Shown here: positions 1 through 11,568 of the stretch, in pieces | How positions within the stretch are numbered: position 1 is the stretch's first letter | Layout: each line of letters opens with the position of its first letter | Origin: Azolla caroliniana | Taxonomy: Eukaryota > Plantae > Polypodiophyta | Assembly: GCA_043228905.1 (NCBI GenBank) | Contig: JBHGNT010000018.1 | Span: 4,836,001-4,900,000, forward strand | Direction: 5' to 3' | Length of the DNA stretch: 64,000 nt | Translations under genes and position numbers: made by a program | The notes under the pieces: model-generated | Databases searched by the model: none | Told to the model about the DNA's origin: nothing | Seen by the model: the letters and a program-made list of their open reading frames with translations, nothing else

Positions 1-904
1 TACTACAATGCAATATTATTACTCACAACATTGTGACATGATGCTTACACCCACTTTGTTTGTTCTCATCCTTGTGGCATTTCCTAGTGGAACCAATATT
101 TTTTTATTCTGAGCAGAAATGCCAATGTGAAGAAAATGACATTGGCATTGCATTGTAGAATTATGTTTAAAATTTCCATTTTTAAGTTGTAGAAGTTAAT
201 ATGTTAAAATAATATTGTGCTTTATATGCACTTTGGAGTAACTTATGTTAGGGAAAAGCTACTTTCAAGACACTTTGATTGCAACACAAGCTAGGGAGAA
301 TGTCACAATCATTCATTGTTTCGTATACAAGGTAGCTAAAAAAATATATGATCCACTCGATCAATATCCTATTTGTACCTTTGATAGTATAAACATGTTG
401 AATTGATTATTCATCCTTCATTGCTTATCAAATTGAGTCATAAGGTCATGTCCTAAATCAATTATGAGTTACATAAAACAATTAGTTTGTGGCATGTCGC
501 TAATAGTTAGAAGTCATCACATCATGTACTAGTAGCTCTATGTATTTTCATTAAGAAAAACAAACTCTTTATAGAGTCCAATTTTGAATAATTATATCAT
601 TTCTAATGGTACAAAGTACTAAACCAAACTTGTTGTGTTTTGTTCTAGAAGTCCCTTTCCACGAGTTTGTTATAAAGGTGAGAGTTTTGTCAATGCCAAA
701 TAACTTTATTCATAGACACACCACAAAGAAAATCTTAGCCCTCTTAAGACTTATTCATATCCTTCCCAAAAACCCATTGTGTTTAAACTTTACCTATTTG
801 TACATGTTTGAAAAGAGGCTTCCTATGTGTAATGTTAATGTATTAGGTTAGGGTAATCAACATTTGAAAATTTTATGGAGTGTTCTTTGATTTCTTGTGA
901 CTAC

Positions 905-1620
905 TTTCTAGAATTGCTTGGGAAGCAAGCAAAAGATACAAAAGGTGCATAAAAGTAAAATTTTGTGTTCAGGTTGGATACAAGATATGGAAAAATAGTT
1001 TGGTAGACGGGATACAATACACTTGCTTCATGATGCATCACTAGATTCCTTTGTAAACGAGGTCTTTTTGTAATGCCAATGTATCATAACATGAGACAAA
1101 TGTGGAGGTTCGCGCTTCACCCATTATACTACACAGATTGCTCCTAACTACAAAACCATATTCTTCGCAAAATGGGGAAATTGCACACATCGATACATGT
1201 TAGAGCCTATCCTATTGTCTGCTATTCAGACCATTGCTTCCATGTGACTTAGCTCACATACATTGTGATGTGAGACGGGGCTTTGGGGCACAAGTGATGA
1301 GAGTGGTCAACTATGCATACTTTGCCCTAAACAAATTCAAGAGTCCATGTATCATACATTGATACAACACTCTGCCTTTGATCATATTCGACCATGCTTT
1401 CCACACATCTTCAACCAAACCCAATCTTTGCACAATTCTTCTCTTGACCATAATCTACACTCTCGATTACAACATTCATTGGTAAAGTTCTTGAACATCA
1501 AGAGTCGTTACTCACTTTCAAATCTACTATGTGAAATGTAATATTTTTGATCTCATAGATCACATTTGACCTCCAACGACGATAATAGAATCTCTCTCTT
1601 TCTCTTTCTCTCTCTCTCTC
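905..1620 (+). mobile_element. Degenerate 3' end of a non-LTR retrotransposon (RTE/RTEX-like LINE family 1), copy 1, ending in (CT)n
   Basis: Co-linear with 2010-2554 + 10772-10897. Decayed C-terminal Cys-x2-Cys...His...Cys knuckle. Shared 3' end 'atttgacctcc...ataat.aaatct' followed by a microsatellite. Confidence 0.7.
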
Positions 1621-1639
1621 TTATATATATATATATATG

Positions 1640-2554
1640 CTTCAAATCATAGCTGGAATGAATGTGTTGCACGCCGCTTAGAGGCGGGAAATCGAGCATA
1701 TTATGCATTTGAGAACACATGCAATCTTGGAGATATTAAGTGTTGGGTTCTCAAGAAATACCTTTTCAACACTTTGGTGACACCAATGCTTCTCTAGGGG
1801 GTTGGAAGTATGGGGTGGTAGCGTCCCTAAATCTACTTGGAAAGAGTTTGAAAATGTCCAAAAACATTTTCTTACAAAGTTTCTACAATTTAAAGAAACA
1901 AATGCCCTACACCCTCCTCCTTGAGACAGGATCACTTCCCATTGAGATCATGACCATGGAAAGGGTTGTTGAATACATGCTTAAGGTTAAAAAAAGTCCC
2001 TCACATCAACTTCTTAGAATTGCATGGGAAGCAAGCAAAAAAAATCCAAAAGACACATAAAAGCAAAATTTTGTTTTTTTGGTTGGATGCAAGATATGGA
2101 AAAATGGTTTGGTAGATGGGATGCAACACACTTACTTCATGATGCATCTCTGGTTTCCTTTGTAAATGAGGCCTTTTTGCAATGCCAATGTATCATGACA
2201 TGAGACAAATGTGGAGGCTCGCACTTCACACATTATACTACACATGTTACACCTAACTACAAAACCACATTCTTCACGGAACAAGGAAACCTTACACATT
2301 GATACATGTTAGAGCCCATCCCATTGTTTGCCATTCGAACCATTGCTTCCATGCAATGTAGCTCACATGCATTGCGATGTGAGATGGGGTGTTGGGGCAG
2401 AAGTGATGAGAGTGGTCGACTATGCACACTTTGCCCAAAATAGGTTTGAGAGTTTGAGTATCATACTTTGATACAAACACCCCCTTGTCTTTGATCATAC
2501 AAACCCTATCTTTGCACAAATTCCTCTTACAACCACAATCTGCACTCTCGATCG
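1640..2554 (+). mobile_element. LINE family 1, copy 2, 5' part (interrupted by copia A)
   Basis: ORF 1740-2060 (YTLLLETGSLPIE...LLRIAWEAS) and a downstream decayed 'SSHALRCEMG...RLCTLC...EYH' resemble the C-terminus of the LINE ORF at 7781-9385. The element resumes at 10772. Confidence 0.75.
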
Positions 2555-2960
2555 TGTTGAGAATCAAGCTCAACCTAGTCTAGTGTGTGAACACACCCTT
2601 GAGAGTGTGCACTCAAAGGTCAAAAGTCACCACTCTTATCCACACATTAACTATGTGTGATAGAATCATATTCTATGACACATAACTAATGAGCTTTCAC
2701 ATTCCCCATGACCCATGAGCTTCGGTAGTTAATGAAGAGAGAGAGTGACTATATAAAGCACTCTCCTCCTACTTTGTAATTGTTCGGTTAATCTCCTTTG
2801 TAATATACATTTGTCTTGAGTACTCTATTCTTGTTCAAATCTATCTATCTTGTGTTTCTCTCTCTCTCTCTCTCTCTCATACACACACACACACACACAC
2901 ACTCACAACACATATCTCTAGTCTATTCCGCTGCACAAGAGTCACCACCGATTCTTTACA
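2555..2960 (+). repeat. 5' LTR of copia A
   Basis: Near-identical to 7402-7587 + 10530-10771; TATA 'tatataaa' near 2750. Confidence 0.95.
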
Positions 2961-2972
2961 TGGTATCAGAGC
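2961..2972 (+). promoter_or_regulatory. Primer binding site (tRNA-iMet)
   Basis: TGGTATCAGAGC directly after the LTR; complementary to the 3' end of the tRNA-iMet at 18120-18191 plus CCA. Confidence 0.95.
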
Positions 2973-3115
2973 GGTTTGGTAGCTCCATCTAGCCCATCCA
3001 TGTGTGTTGAGCTCTATGCCGACGTTCAAGAAGAACCGGCTCATCGCTATCGTAGTGCGACTACATAGCTCGTATTCAAGAGAGAAGAAGAAGGAAGAAA
3101 TCTACATCGAACACC

Positions 3116-6100
3116 ATGAATACTCAAATGGGGAGCGATCTCCCTAGCGAGAAGTTGGACCGAAACAACTTCGCATCTTGGGAGTACAAGATGCAACAAT
3201 ACCTTGTTGGCCAAGGCTATTGGGTTTACATCAAGGGTGCACAAGAAAACCGACCCGACCCGGAAGACACCAACTACTCAACATGGGAGCAAGCGGTGAG
3301 TTGAGTAATGTATTGCTTGGCGACATGTGTTCACGACCATATGCTCGGTTACATTCGAGAAGCCAAGACGCCGAAGGAAGCGTGGGAAAATCTACGAAAG
3401 ATTTTCGCCGCCAACACGACTGCGAGGAAGCTTCAACTCCGCCAAGAGTTGAACAACATCCAACAACAGGGTATGTCCATCACAAGCTACACCTTGAGGA
3501 TCAAGGAGCTTTGTGACTCGCTCGGTTCAATAAGAGTCAATGTGGATGATGATGAGATGGTGCAAATATGCCTCGGCGGCCTTGCACCACGGTTCGGTTC
3601 GATGAGAACCGCCGTCCTAGCAAGGGAGAATCCTCCCTCTTTCTTTGATCTTCAATCTATGTTATTGGTCGAAGAGAATCATGTTCGAACAAGGAGCAAC
3701 GCCCCGGAAGGCCACATGCTCTACACGCATTCGAATGGAGGAAGAGGACGCGGCCGATTCGGCCAAGGACGAGGTCCGACTTACGACAACAACTCCCAAA
3801 TTCGGCAACAAGACGGAAGCCATTGAGGAACCTTTAGAAGAAGGGGGAGCTTCCATTTCGGTTCGAGTCGACAAAACTCGATCGAATGCGGTTATTGCGG
3901 GAAAATCGGCCACCATGAAGAAGAGTGCCGAAAGAAGTAGCGCGAGTTGGCTTCCACAAGCCAACAACTCACCAATTACGCCACCAACTCCGACTATGAA
4001 GATCATTGCAGAATGTTTGTAATGAGATGTAGAGAAAATCCTATGTTGGCCTCTACTTCGACTAATGCCTCCAATCAGGAAGATGTATGGTTCGTCGACT
4101 CCGGTGCTTCGAACCATATGACGTCCCATCAAGAATGGTTCAAAGACCTTCGAGAGCCGGATTGACCCGGTTATGTCGAGACCGGAGACGACACCACTTA
4201 TCCGATTCGGCATGTCGGCAATGTCCCATTCGGGAAAGAAGGTGAACAAACTTGCATAAAAAATGTCTTACATGTACCCACCATAACGAAGAATTTGGTC
4301 TCGGTGGGCCAAATTGTGGAGCAAGGGATGCAAGTTCGATTCAACCAAGGAGGTTGCTTCATCGAGAAGGAAGGCCGACTAATTGCTCATGGTCGAAGGG
4401 AAGGGCGAATGTTTATCCTCGAAGCGAACAAGGTAAAATCAGCCATGTTTGCAAAGGGCCTCAAACACAACACCAACATAGAGCTATGGCATAAAAGAAT
4501 CGGCCATATCAATCTCAACAAACTCAAGGTGATGCAATCGAAAGGAGTCGTTATTAGGCTCTCGACCTTCAAAGAGAAAGAGATTGAAGGAGTATGTGAA
4601 GCATGCCAATTCGGCAAGCAACATCGACACCCGGTCCCGAAGGAGAGGAACGTGAGCAAAGGCCTATTGGACGTAGTCCACTTGGATGTGTGGGGACCGA
4701 CACAAACGGCTACGTTCGGAGGATGTCGGTACTATGTTACCTTCATCGATGACTTCTCTAGATACACATGGATCTTTCCCATGAGGATGAAGAGCGAAGT
4801 ATTTACACACTTCCAAAAATTCAAAAGCGAAGTCGAAAAGACAACTGGGCGTCATGTACGATGTCTTCGGTCAGACGGAGGAAAGGAATACTTCTCTGAT
4901 GCGTTCACGACATACCTTCGACAAGAAGGAATTCGACGAGAATTCACTTGCCGACACACCACAACAGAACGGTGTAGCCAAACGCAAGAATCGGCACATC
5001 CTCGAAGTAGCAAGGGCCATGCTAAATGAGAAGCATATGCCCAAGTCATATTGGGTAGAAGCTGCAAATACCGCTGTCTACCTCATGAACAGGTGCACAA
5101 CATCCGAAGTGCACGAGGTCACCCCGCACGAGAAATACTATGGGAAGAAGCCAGATCTATCCCATGTAAGGATATTCGGCTCCATTGCATACGTGCACAT
5201 TCCCGATGAGAAGTGGCAGAAGCTTGACCCAAAATCAGAGAAGTGCATCCTCGTGGGATACTCACAGGAGCAAAAGGGGTACAAGTGCTTCAACCCCTCT
5301 ACTCGGAAGACTCGTGTAAGTTGGGATGTTGTCTTTGACGAATCGACATCATGGTACAAACCCGAGCCGACTCCTCCTGAACCATCTATGAACGACCTCG
5401 ACAACACAGAAGACGATGATCAACTAAGGTCAATACTCGAAGAGAGTCCGATCTCAACTAGATTGAGCGGACCACAAGAGCCTCCGAGCAACCAAAGCTC
5501 ATCTCGGACAAGTCCAAAGATGGACAAAGGGAAGGCCAAAATGCCGAAATATGAGGACGATCACTTCAATGGCAACGAATCAACTCATTCACTCGATAGT
5601 GAGTTCGATGGCTTTAATGTGCCTCTTATGAGGTCACCCGGAGTTGAGAAAGCACTCACATCGGCAAATGTGAAACTCCGTCACTCCACCCGAGAGAAGA
5701 ATCCAATTAGCTGATTCGGCTACAACGACTATATGGCATACCACTATGCCTCTATATGAAGGTGGCAACAGTTTGAGAACCGAAGAGCTTTGCCGAAGCC
5801 GCTAAAGATCCTCGATGGGTCGAAGCCATAAACGAGGAGATGCAAGCTCTCAACAAGAATGAGACATGGGATCTCGTCCCTCACTCACCGCACAAGAAGG
5901 CAATCGGCTATAGATGGATATACAAAGTGAAGTATAATGCTGACAGTTCCGTCAACCGCTACAAAGCTCGACTCGTAGCAAAGGGCTACGCACAAACACA
6001 GGACGTCAACTATGAAGAGACCTTTGCCCCGGTGGCAAAGATGACAACCGTGCGAACCGTGATAGCGTTTGCAACAGCGAAAGGGTGGCACCTCCACCAG

Positions 6101-7300
6101 ATGGATGTCAAGAACGCTTTTCTTCAAGGTGAATTAGAAGAGGAGGTGTACATGGTACAACCACCCGGCTTAGAATCCAACATTCATCCGAAAGCCACCT
6201 GCTGACTCAAGAAGTCTCTCTATGGCCTTAAGCAAGCACCACGTGCTTGGCACTCAAAGATAACACAATATCTTCATCGAATTGGCTTCCGAATGTCAAA
6301 ATCCGACAATTCTCTCTATGTAAGAAGCGATTCCGAAAGTCTGATCGTCATCATCCTGTACGTGGATGATCTGGTCATTGGAGGTGAGCATCTAATCGAC
6401 ATCAACAAGGTCAAATCCCTCCTTTCCAACAAATTCGAGATGACGGACATGAAAGAGCTCCACTACTTCCTTGGCATCGAGGTAATTCGAACTCCAGCCG
6501 GGATTATGATCTCCCAACGACACTACATTCTCAACTTGTTATACAAGTTCGGGATGACTGAGTGCAAGTCTGTGGCAACACCTCTCAACCGAAACCTCAA
6601 ACTAGATGCTAATTTTGGCACCACAGAGTGTGAGCTGATTCAATATCGACAACTGATCGGTAGTCTTATCTACCTCACGATCACTCGACCTGACCTGAGC
6701 TATCCGGTCGGCCTTCTTAGCCAGTTCATGCAAACGCCACGAGATATCCATTTGGATTGTGCTAAGAGAGTGCTACGATACATGAGCGGAACGATGGATT
6801 ATGCAAACGCCAATTCAACTCGAGGGGTACATAGATGCCGACTGGGCAGGCTACAAAGCCGACCGATGATCAACCTCTGGTTTTGTCTTCTCCCTTGGAA
6901 ATGGAGCCATCTCCTGGAGTAGCAAGAAGCAACCAACCGTCGCTCTTTTGAGCATAGAGGCCGAATATAGGGGCACGACGGTGGCAGCATGTGAAGTCGT
7001 ATGGCTCAAGAGGATATTAAAGTATCTGGGCGTTCCCATCAAAGATCCGATTCTCCTTTACTGCGACAACATGAGCAGTATTTATCTGGCTTGGAACCTG
7101 GTGTTCCACGTACGCACGAAGCATATCGAAGTGCACTATCACTTCATTCGAGAGTGTATTCAGGTTGGCGATGTCGACCTTCAACATATGTCTACAAATC
7201 TTTAGACAACCGACATCTTCACCAAAGCCCTAGGAGCCGACAAGCTTTTGGCAATTCCTTTCAGACCTTGGGTTGACGGTCCTTGACTTGCCAAGCTTGA
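3116..7300 (+). pseudogene. copia gag-pol (gag, protease, integrase, RT, RNase H) with several stops and frameshifts
   Basis: WFVDSGASNH (PR); WHKRIGH/CEACQFGK, DVWGP, RSDGGKE (IN); [24 protein letters not shown] (RT); YCDN, KHIEVHYHF (RNase H). Split over many ORFs. Confidence 0.95.
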
Positions 7301-7587
7301 GGGGGAGTATGAGCCAGATGTACTGGATACCATCTGAACCGGATACAAGCCGAAGCGGACATCAACCGAAGTAGCCGACCAAAATTGAGCTTGAGGGGGC
7401 GTGTTGAGAATTAAGCTCAACCTAGTCTAGTGTGTGAACACACCCTTGAGAGTGTGCACTCAAAGGTCAAAAGTCACCACTCTTATCCACACATTAACTA
7501 TGTGTGATAGAATCATATTCTATGACACATAACTAATGAGCTTTCACATTCCCCATGACCCATGAGCTTCGGTAGTTAATGAAGAGA

Positions 7588-10529
7588 AAGAAAGAAAGAT
7601 ATATTAACGTCTTCTAAGGCCAAATTTGGCCCATGAGACAATTGGTTTACAACAAAAGAGTATTTATCCAGTCATCATAACTAAAATAAAATAAAGTAAA
7701 AAATAGAACTTAAACTAAAAGAGTTCTAGTAGTGTACAATACGTAGTATACTCGAAAGTGACTATACACTAAGCCTAATTTTATTTCCACCCAAGCCTCT
7801 CGAAAAGAAGTGGGGGGTCAAAGGGTCTTGATGTGGGTGTGACCCGTGGTTCCAATGTAGAGAGTGCCCTAGCCATGGCTTCTAGGCGGTGTAGCTCACG
7901 TTCCCTTATTTTCAATATTGCTTCCACATCACGTCGAGTTGCTTTGAAACCCGACACCCGAGGACGTCTGGTTCTTCTCTGGTTTTCTGCCTCATCAATG
8001 GAAAGGCCGAGTGGTGCAAGTGTGTCGGCATTCGTTGTCTCCCCTTGTTCCTGAAAAACTTCATTTGTTACATGTTCATGATCATTAGCAACATTATTGT
8101 CAACATTTTGTAACTTATTCTCTCTGTGTTGTTTTAGCTCTAGAATGTATTTGCCTAATTTCTTTATATCTAGAGTATCTAATAGTTTGGGAAGGGTGGG
8201 AGACGAACCAAGTATGTCTTGGTATTTTGCCCTTATCTCGGCATAGGTTGGACACTTGCATGTAAAGTGGTACTCATCCTCTATCTCTATGTGACATAAC
8301 CTACATATCCTTTCCTCCCTAGGGACTCCACTAGTACGACCATTCTCAATCTCAAGTTGGTGAGATGATATTCTAAGTTGTCCAATAGCAACCCTTAGTG
8401 CATGTGGTAAGAATACATCTAGATATTTTGGCCGCGTGATAAAACCTAACTCAGAGAAGTGCATGAAGTGTTTCTTATAGTACAACATTTTAGATGGGAG
8501 TGGCTCTAGTGGGGTGATCCATTTACACCGAGTGTAAATTTGCCATATTTCTTGGCGTATTACTTTATTGCGGTCCTCATGAGAGATTAAAGTGTTATCA
8601 CTCGTGTGGTTGTACCTAAGGGGAGGTAGGTTATTAATGTCTAGACCATTCGCAAGAAGCCAACTCACCATCATGCCATACCATGAGCTAGTATAGCCGG
8701 ACTCATACAATGATCGAGAGGCCTTAAAGGCTTGATGAGATATTCTATCATGTGGTTGGCTATGTATCCTGTGAATGAAGACTACAAGTTGAAAAAGTGC
8801 CTCTACTAACATTGGGGGTAACGTGAACTCAACCCTAATAATGTCATGTGGTACAGTCGATTTGCTTCGGAGTTGGTGTGATAGCATCATCACCAATGGT
8901 CTCTCTAATTGCGTCCACATGAAAGATGGTAATCCTGGAGCCCAAACCGCTGATGCATACATGAAGGAGGGGGTCACTAATGAGTCAAAGAGCCACCCTT
9001 TAGTCCATGGCTCTTGAAAGTGTGCTTGGTGGCATTGTCTCTCTAGGAGTGAGAGGGATGCATGTCCTCTCGTGAGTCTATCCTTCGCTGCCTGTGTCAT
9101 CGAAAATTTACCTGAGCGGGCACTAAAAGTGACTCCGAGATAGACGTATGATCCAATCACCTCGACTGGGCTATGGGAGATAGTTAGGTGACACTTAGCT
9201 CTAACTTGGGCCGATGTGTGGAAGATAAGGACTTTCATTTTCCCTAGATTCACTACCAATCCTCGTTGTACACAAAAGTCATCTAAGGCATTAAGGTGCC
9301 TTTGTAGGTTGTGTTCGAATTCAGAGAGCAAAACTATGTCATCCGCATAGAGCAAGATACGAACCTGCGTATCCCCAAGGACCACTCCGGTGCCTCCCTC
9401 ACGAGCAATAAAATCTGTGATCTCATCAATGTAGATCCCAAAAAGCGTCGGTGATAGGGGGCAACCTTGTTTTACACTAATAGTGCTAGTGAAACGATTA
9501 GATAGGCCACCTGGGCATCAGACACTTGTTCATATAGTGCGTAGATGGCCCATACCATATCATCTGGTATCCTCAAACTTTTAAGTCTATCAAACAACCA
9601 CTCTCTAGGGACTGTGTCAAAGGCTTTGCGGAAGTCCACAAAACAACAATATAATTTCTTCTTGCGAGCCTTAGTTTGGTCAATTAGGCATCTAAGTGTG
9701 AAGATATGATCAATAGTGGAGAAGGCTCGTCTAAAGCCAGCTTGTTCAGGTGCACGAAAGTTTAGGGTCTCCATATAGTCGCTAAGCTCTACTTCCATTA
9801 CTGCACCATATAACTTAGCAAGGGTATGGCCTATCATAATGGTCCTATATGTATTTGGGTCCATGGGGTCCCCCCCTTTATGTATGGGAGCCACTGTATT
9901 CATAGTCCACTGTGGTGGAAAACCCTCCGCAAGGGCACGATTGAAGATTAGAGTTAGCAAGGGAACTAGGCACTCTCTCGCATATATAATGTGTTCTGCT
10001 CGCAATCCTGTGTGGTCCATGGACTTCCTATGTTGTAATTTCTTTATGACCTTCACGACCCTAGAGGTCGTGAAAAGTGTCCCCGTGGTAGGCCGGGGTG
10101 TGGAAGGCATTGGAATGGGTGGTTGGTTTGGGATTTGGTAAAGTTTCTCTGTATATGTGTGCCAAGTTTCGGGATCTTCGATGGGTGTTTGTGGTCTTGG
10201 CTCCCGTAGTCTCTTCCATGCCGTGGCGCAATCGCTACTCATGAGCATATGGTAGAGTTCCCAATATTGGGATGCCTCCCACGCTCGTCTCTTACGACGT
10301 GTCATCTTGCGCATTTCTTTGCGAGCTTGTATGGAGGTAATACTACCATTGAGTTGCGATACTATAAGTTGTCTATGTAAGTCCCTACAATCCTCATCAT
10401 ACCATTTATTTTGTGGCATTGATCCTGATCTACCTTGATTTGAGTGTTTTGTATATGGGAAACTGCTAGCTGCTGCGGAGTGAAGGATGTGTGTGAGTTT
10501 CGTACTAAGGCTTTCTAACGGTAGGGAGG
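7588..10529 (-). mobile_element. 5'-truncated LINE (RTE/RTEX-like family 2) inserted in the 3' LTR of copia A; (CTTT)n tail
   Basis: RT motifs EQAGFRRAFSTIDHIFTL, FVDFRKAFDTV, GCPLSPTLF, LYADD; C-terminal CRLC..EDEYHF..CP knuckle; tail aaagaaagaaag at ~7587-7598. LTR sequence resumes at ~10530. Confidence 0.93.
7781..10529 (-). pseudogene. LINE reverse transcriptase ORF (frameshift near 9470-9520; endonuclease missing)
   Basis: ORFs 9472-10548 and 7781-9385 are consecutive parts of one RT protein. Confidence 0.9.
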
Positions 10530-10639
10530 GAGTGACTATATAAAGCACTCTCCTCCTACTTTGTAATTGTTCGGTTAATCTCCTTTGTAATATACATTTG
10601 TCTTGAGTACTCTATTCTTGTTCAAATCTATCTATCTTG

Positions 10640-10718
<79 letters not shown>

Positions 10719-10771
10719 ACACATATCTCTAGTCTATTCCGCTGCACAAGAATCACCACCGATTCTTTACA

Positions 10772-10893
10772 GATCGCAACATTCATTGGTAAAGTTCTTG
10801 AACATCAAGAGTTGCTACTCACTTTCACATGTATTATGTGAAATGTAATATTTTTGGTTTCATAGGTCATATTTGACCTCCAAAGACAATAAT

Positions 10894-10940
<47 letters not shown>
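10772..10940 (+). mobile_element. LINE family 1, copy 2, 3' end with (CT)n tail
   Basis: Continues exactly from 2554 after the GATCG TSD; matches 1465-1620. Confidence 0.85.
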
Positions 10941-10943
<3 letters not shown>

Positions 10944-11039
10944 CACATGCACCTACAATACATGCACACATGCATAATGTCTGGACTTGAGAAAGACCAC
11001 CAAACAAACTGGTGCGCGTAAGCATTGAGACTAAATCCA

Positions 11040-11096
11040 AACAACACCTCTCCCTCCCTCTCTCCCTCCCTCTCTCTCACGGGTGCGCCGGCGCGT

Positions 11097-11143
<47 letters not shown>

Positions 11144-11300
11144 TGCATCGGGCAGGCGTTTGCGGAGTCATCCTCTCATCCAAGTCGGATGGGAGAGTCA
11201 TCATTCTCTCTCTCTCTCTCTCTCTCTCTCCCTCTAGCATCGAAGAAATCACACACACACACATACGCGCGCGCGCGCACACACACACACACAGAGTCTG
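11040..11300. repeat. Microsatellite cluster (CT)n, (CA)n, (CG)n upstream of the coiled-coil gene
   Basis: Directly visible tandem dinucleotide runs. Confidence 0.9.
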
Positions 11301-11568
11301 TGTCTGTGTCTATGTTTGTCTCTGTGTCTTTGTAAGTGAGAGAGGAAGGGTCATAGACTGTACTGATAGTGTGAAACCAAGACGCCCCAAAATACAGTTT
11401 TTTAACTAATTCCTCTCTCTCCAACACTCCCATGCTCTCTCTCTTTCCTTCTTCTTTCCTTCTTCTTTCCTCTTTTAACTCCTCCTCTGTTTTCATCCCC
11501 CCCCCCCCTCAAACATTCATTCATTCATTCATTCATTCTCTGAGCGAGCGTCTTGCCTCCTCCCATCG

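Larger units (their letters stand above)
2555..10771 (+). mobile_element. Ty1/copia LTR retrotransposon A (full length, decayed; 3' LTR split by a LINE)
   Basis: 5' LTR 2555-2960 (TG...CA); PBS TGGTATCAGAGC at 2961; PPT gagggggcg at 7393-7401; 3' LTR 7402-7587 + 10530-10771; 5-bp TSD GATCG at 2550-2554 and 10772-10776. Confidence 0.97.

Noticed and set aside
10603-11496. Overlapping ORFs rich in SL/TH/CV/ER repeats
   Set aside because: Translations of (CT)n and (CA)n microsatellites, not proteins.
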